From positions 1 to 32,500 of the forward strand of contig DATEAX010000041.1 in assembly GCA_035288145.1 (NCBI GenBank): a stretch of DNA of 32,500 nucleotides, in the 5' to 3' direction. Source of the stretch: Patescibacteria group bacterium. GTDB taxonomy: Bacteria > Patescibacteriota > UBA1384 > UBA12157 > JAENIV01. Both the position numbers and the translations under genes were made by a program. The notes below the pieces were generated by a model. That model saw only the letters and a list, made by a program, of their open reading frames with translations, searched no databases and was not told the origin of the DNA. Positions within the stretch are counted from its first letter, which is position 1. Every line of letters starts with the position of its first letter. Positions 31,681-32,500 of this stretch are shown piece after piece.

Positions 31681-31796
31681 TGTCCAATTTAACAAAAGTC
31701 CTCGTAATAACTGACTAATACAATCCGCCCTACGAACATATGAATTAAAGTTCCCTGGATGATATTCCTATCTTCTTAAGAATGTAGGAATATTGT

Positions 31797-31840
31797 CAAG
31801 AAAAGTTATAATGAAATTCAAGAAAAGTTATAATGAAATT
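31797..31840 (+). repeat. Perfect 22 bp tandem duplication at the start of the ArsR-like gene
   Basis: The unit caagaaaagttataatgaaatt occurs twice back to back. Each copy carries a TATAAT-like box and an ATG. Confidence 0.9.
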
Positions 31841-32116
31841 ATGGAACGAAAGATTGCCAAAAGGATGGAAAGGGTGTTTAAGGGCGTAGCTCATCATAAA
31901 CGCGCCAGAATATTGGAATTCATTGCTAAACAAAATAACACAACGCTTTGGCAAATCAGCCAGGGTTTGGACATTGAATTTAGGAATGCCTCTCATCACA
32001 CCGAGATGATGGAAAAAGCCGGCTTAATTGAAAAACAATATGTCGGCCGTTCAGTAATGCATTTCCTTACCCCATACGGCCAAAAAGTTTATGATTTTAT
32101 GAAAAGCTTAGAATGA
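31841..32116 (+). CDS. ArsR/SmtB-like winged-helix transcriptional regulator
   Basis: It carries VAHHKRARILEFIAKQNNTTLWQISQGLDIEFRNASHHTEMMEKAGLIEKQYVGR. Alternative in-frame starts are TTG 31793 and ATG 31811, both inside the duplication. Confidence 0.7.
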   Translation: MERKIAKRMERVFKGVAHHKRARILEFIAKQNNTTLWQISQGLDIEFRNASHHTEMMEKAGLIEKQYVGRSVMHFLTPYGQKVYDFMKSLE

Positions 32117-32182
32117 AATTCATAGAATCATACGAATATGCGAATATCATAAAGAGATATTTTTAATCAGCAGATTGTTTTA

Positions 32183-32269
32183 TCCTCCTTCGCCCCGCTC
32201 TGGCGGGGCTTCGGCGGATTTCCACTCCGCCGAAATGGAGGAAAAGATACCGCCGACTCCTGTCGGCGG
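32183..32269. repeat. Cluster of three GC-rich CGGCGG-containing hairpins, possibly a three-way junction
   Basis: - Hairpin 1: GCCCCGC-tctg-GCGGGGC (32192-32209).
- Hairpin 2: TTCGGCGG-n9-CCGCCGAA (32210-32234).
- Both are enclosed by TCCTCC/GGAGGA (32183-32188 with 32237-32242).
- Hairpin 3: CCGCCGAC-tcct-GTCGGCGG (32250-32269). Confidence 0.7.
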
Positions 32270-32360
32270 AGTGTCATATGGTGCTATAATTAAAATAATT
32301 AAAGCAAGAAAATAAAAAAATCACCTTCGGTTTTATGGGGAAAAGTTGTCAATGACTTTA

Positions 32361-32381
32361 AAATCCCACCTCGTAGGTGGG
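32361..32381 (-). terminator. Minus-oriented terminator-like hairpin; inverted near-copy of the obg terminator
   Basis: The reverse complement cccacctacgaggtgggattt matches 27315-27335 at 20 of 21 positions. Confidence 0.6.
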
Positions 32382-32390
32382 CGCTGGGAT

Positions 32391-32408
32391 TGGGTCTGGG
32401 TCTGGGTC
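32391..32408 (+). repeat. Hexanucleotide microsatellite (TGGGTC) x3
   Basis: Read directly as tgggtc tgggtc tgggtc. It is preceded by the degenerate unit tgggat. Confidence 0.9.
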
Positions 32409-32419
32409 TGGCGCGGCTC

Positions 32420-32448
32420 TTGACAAACATTTGACATTTTAATATAGT
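32420..32448 (+). promoter_or_regulatory. Sigma70-like promoter for a gene beyond the window
   Basis: TTGACA (32420-32425), a 17 nt spacer, then TATAGT (32443-32448). An SD-like aaggaaagggtgg lies downstream. Confidence 0.55.
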
Positions 32449-32500
32449 TGTGATAGAGTTAAATCAAAGAATAAGGAAAGGGTGGAAAGAATTCATTCTT

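Overview
The window reads as one contiguous chromosomal stretch from a small-genome bacterium of low to moderate GC. The gene content (DUF4012 protein, YerC/TrpR-like and PaaX-like regulators, many tiny membrane ORFs, tightly packed operons) resembles Patescibacteria/CPR; this is an inference only.

Features in order:
- a small membrane ORF and tRNA-Gln(UUG)
- a conspicuously GC-rich HAF-repeat secreted protein
- a ZIP metal transporter and a TrpR-like regulator bracketed by a shared palindrome
- dinB
- a 0.47 kb promoter-equipped non-coding stretch
- a csoR-copA copper module, followed by a thiol-redox/membrane operon (CcdA-like, thioredoxin-like, DUF1573)
- a surface-polysaccharide cluster (priming sugar transferase, GT4, Wzz-like, DUF4012)
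- a PaaX-like regulator flanked by inverted repeats
- gyrB, a small basic ORF, gyrA and infB
- a roughly 340 nt structured RNA gene on the minus strand with a consensus promoter
- an M23/LysM peptidase and obg
- a roughly 5 kb AT-rich accessory island (27.3-32.4 kb)

The most unusual content is in the island. It has a leaderless XRE/C-protein-like gene co-oriented with an uncharacterised 334 aa protein carrying DHH-like motifs. These converge on a single ORF that fuses a complete, apparently cleavage-competent LexA (wHTH plus S24 peptidase) to a beta-class SPPY DNA methyltransferase. That ORF has a palindromic operator over its own -10 box. I read this as a candidate SOS-wired restriction-modification-like module.

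Other recurring oddities are in-frame palindromic or hairpin insertions inside conserved motifs of dinB, copA and infB, and heptanucleotide tandem arrays. I saw no rRNA, CRISPR array or transposase. All homology statements come from motif recognition by eye; no searches were run.
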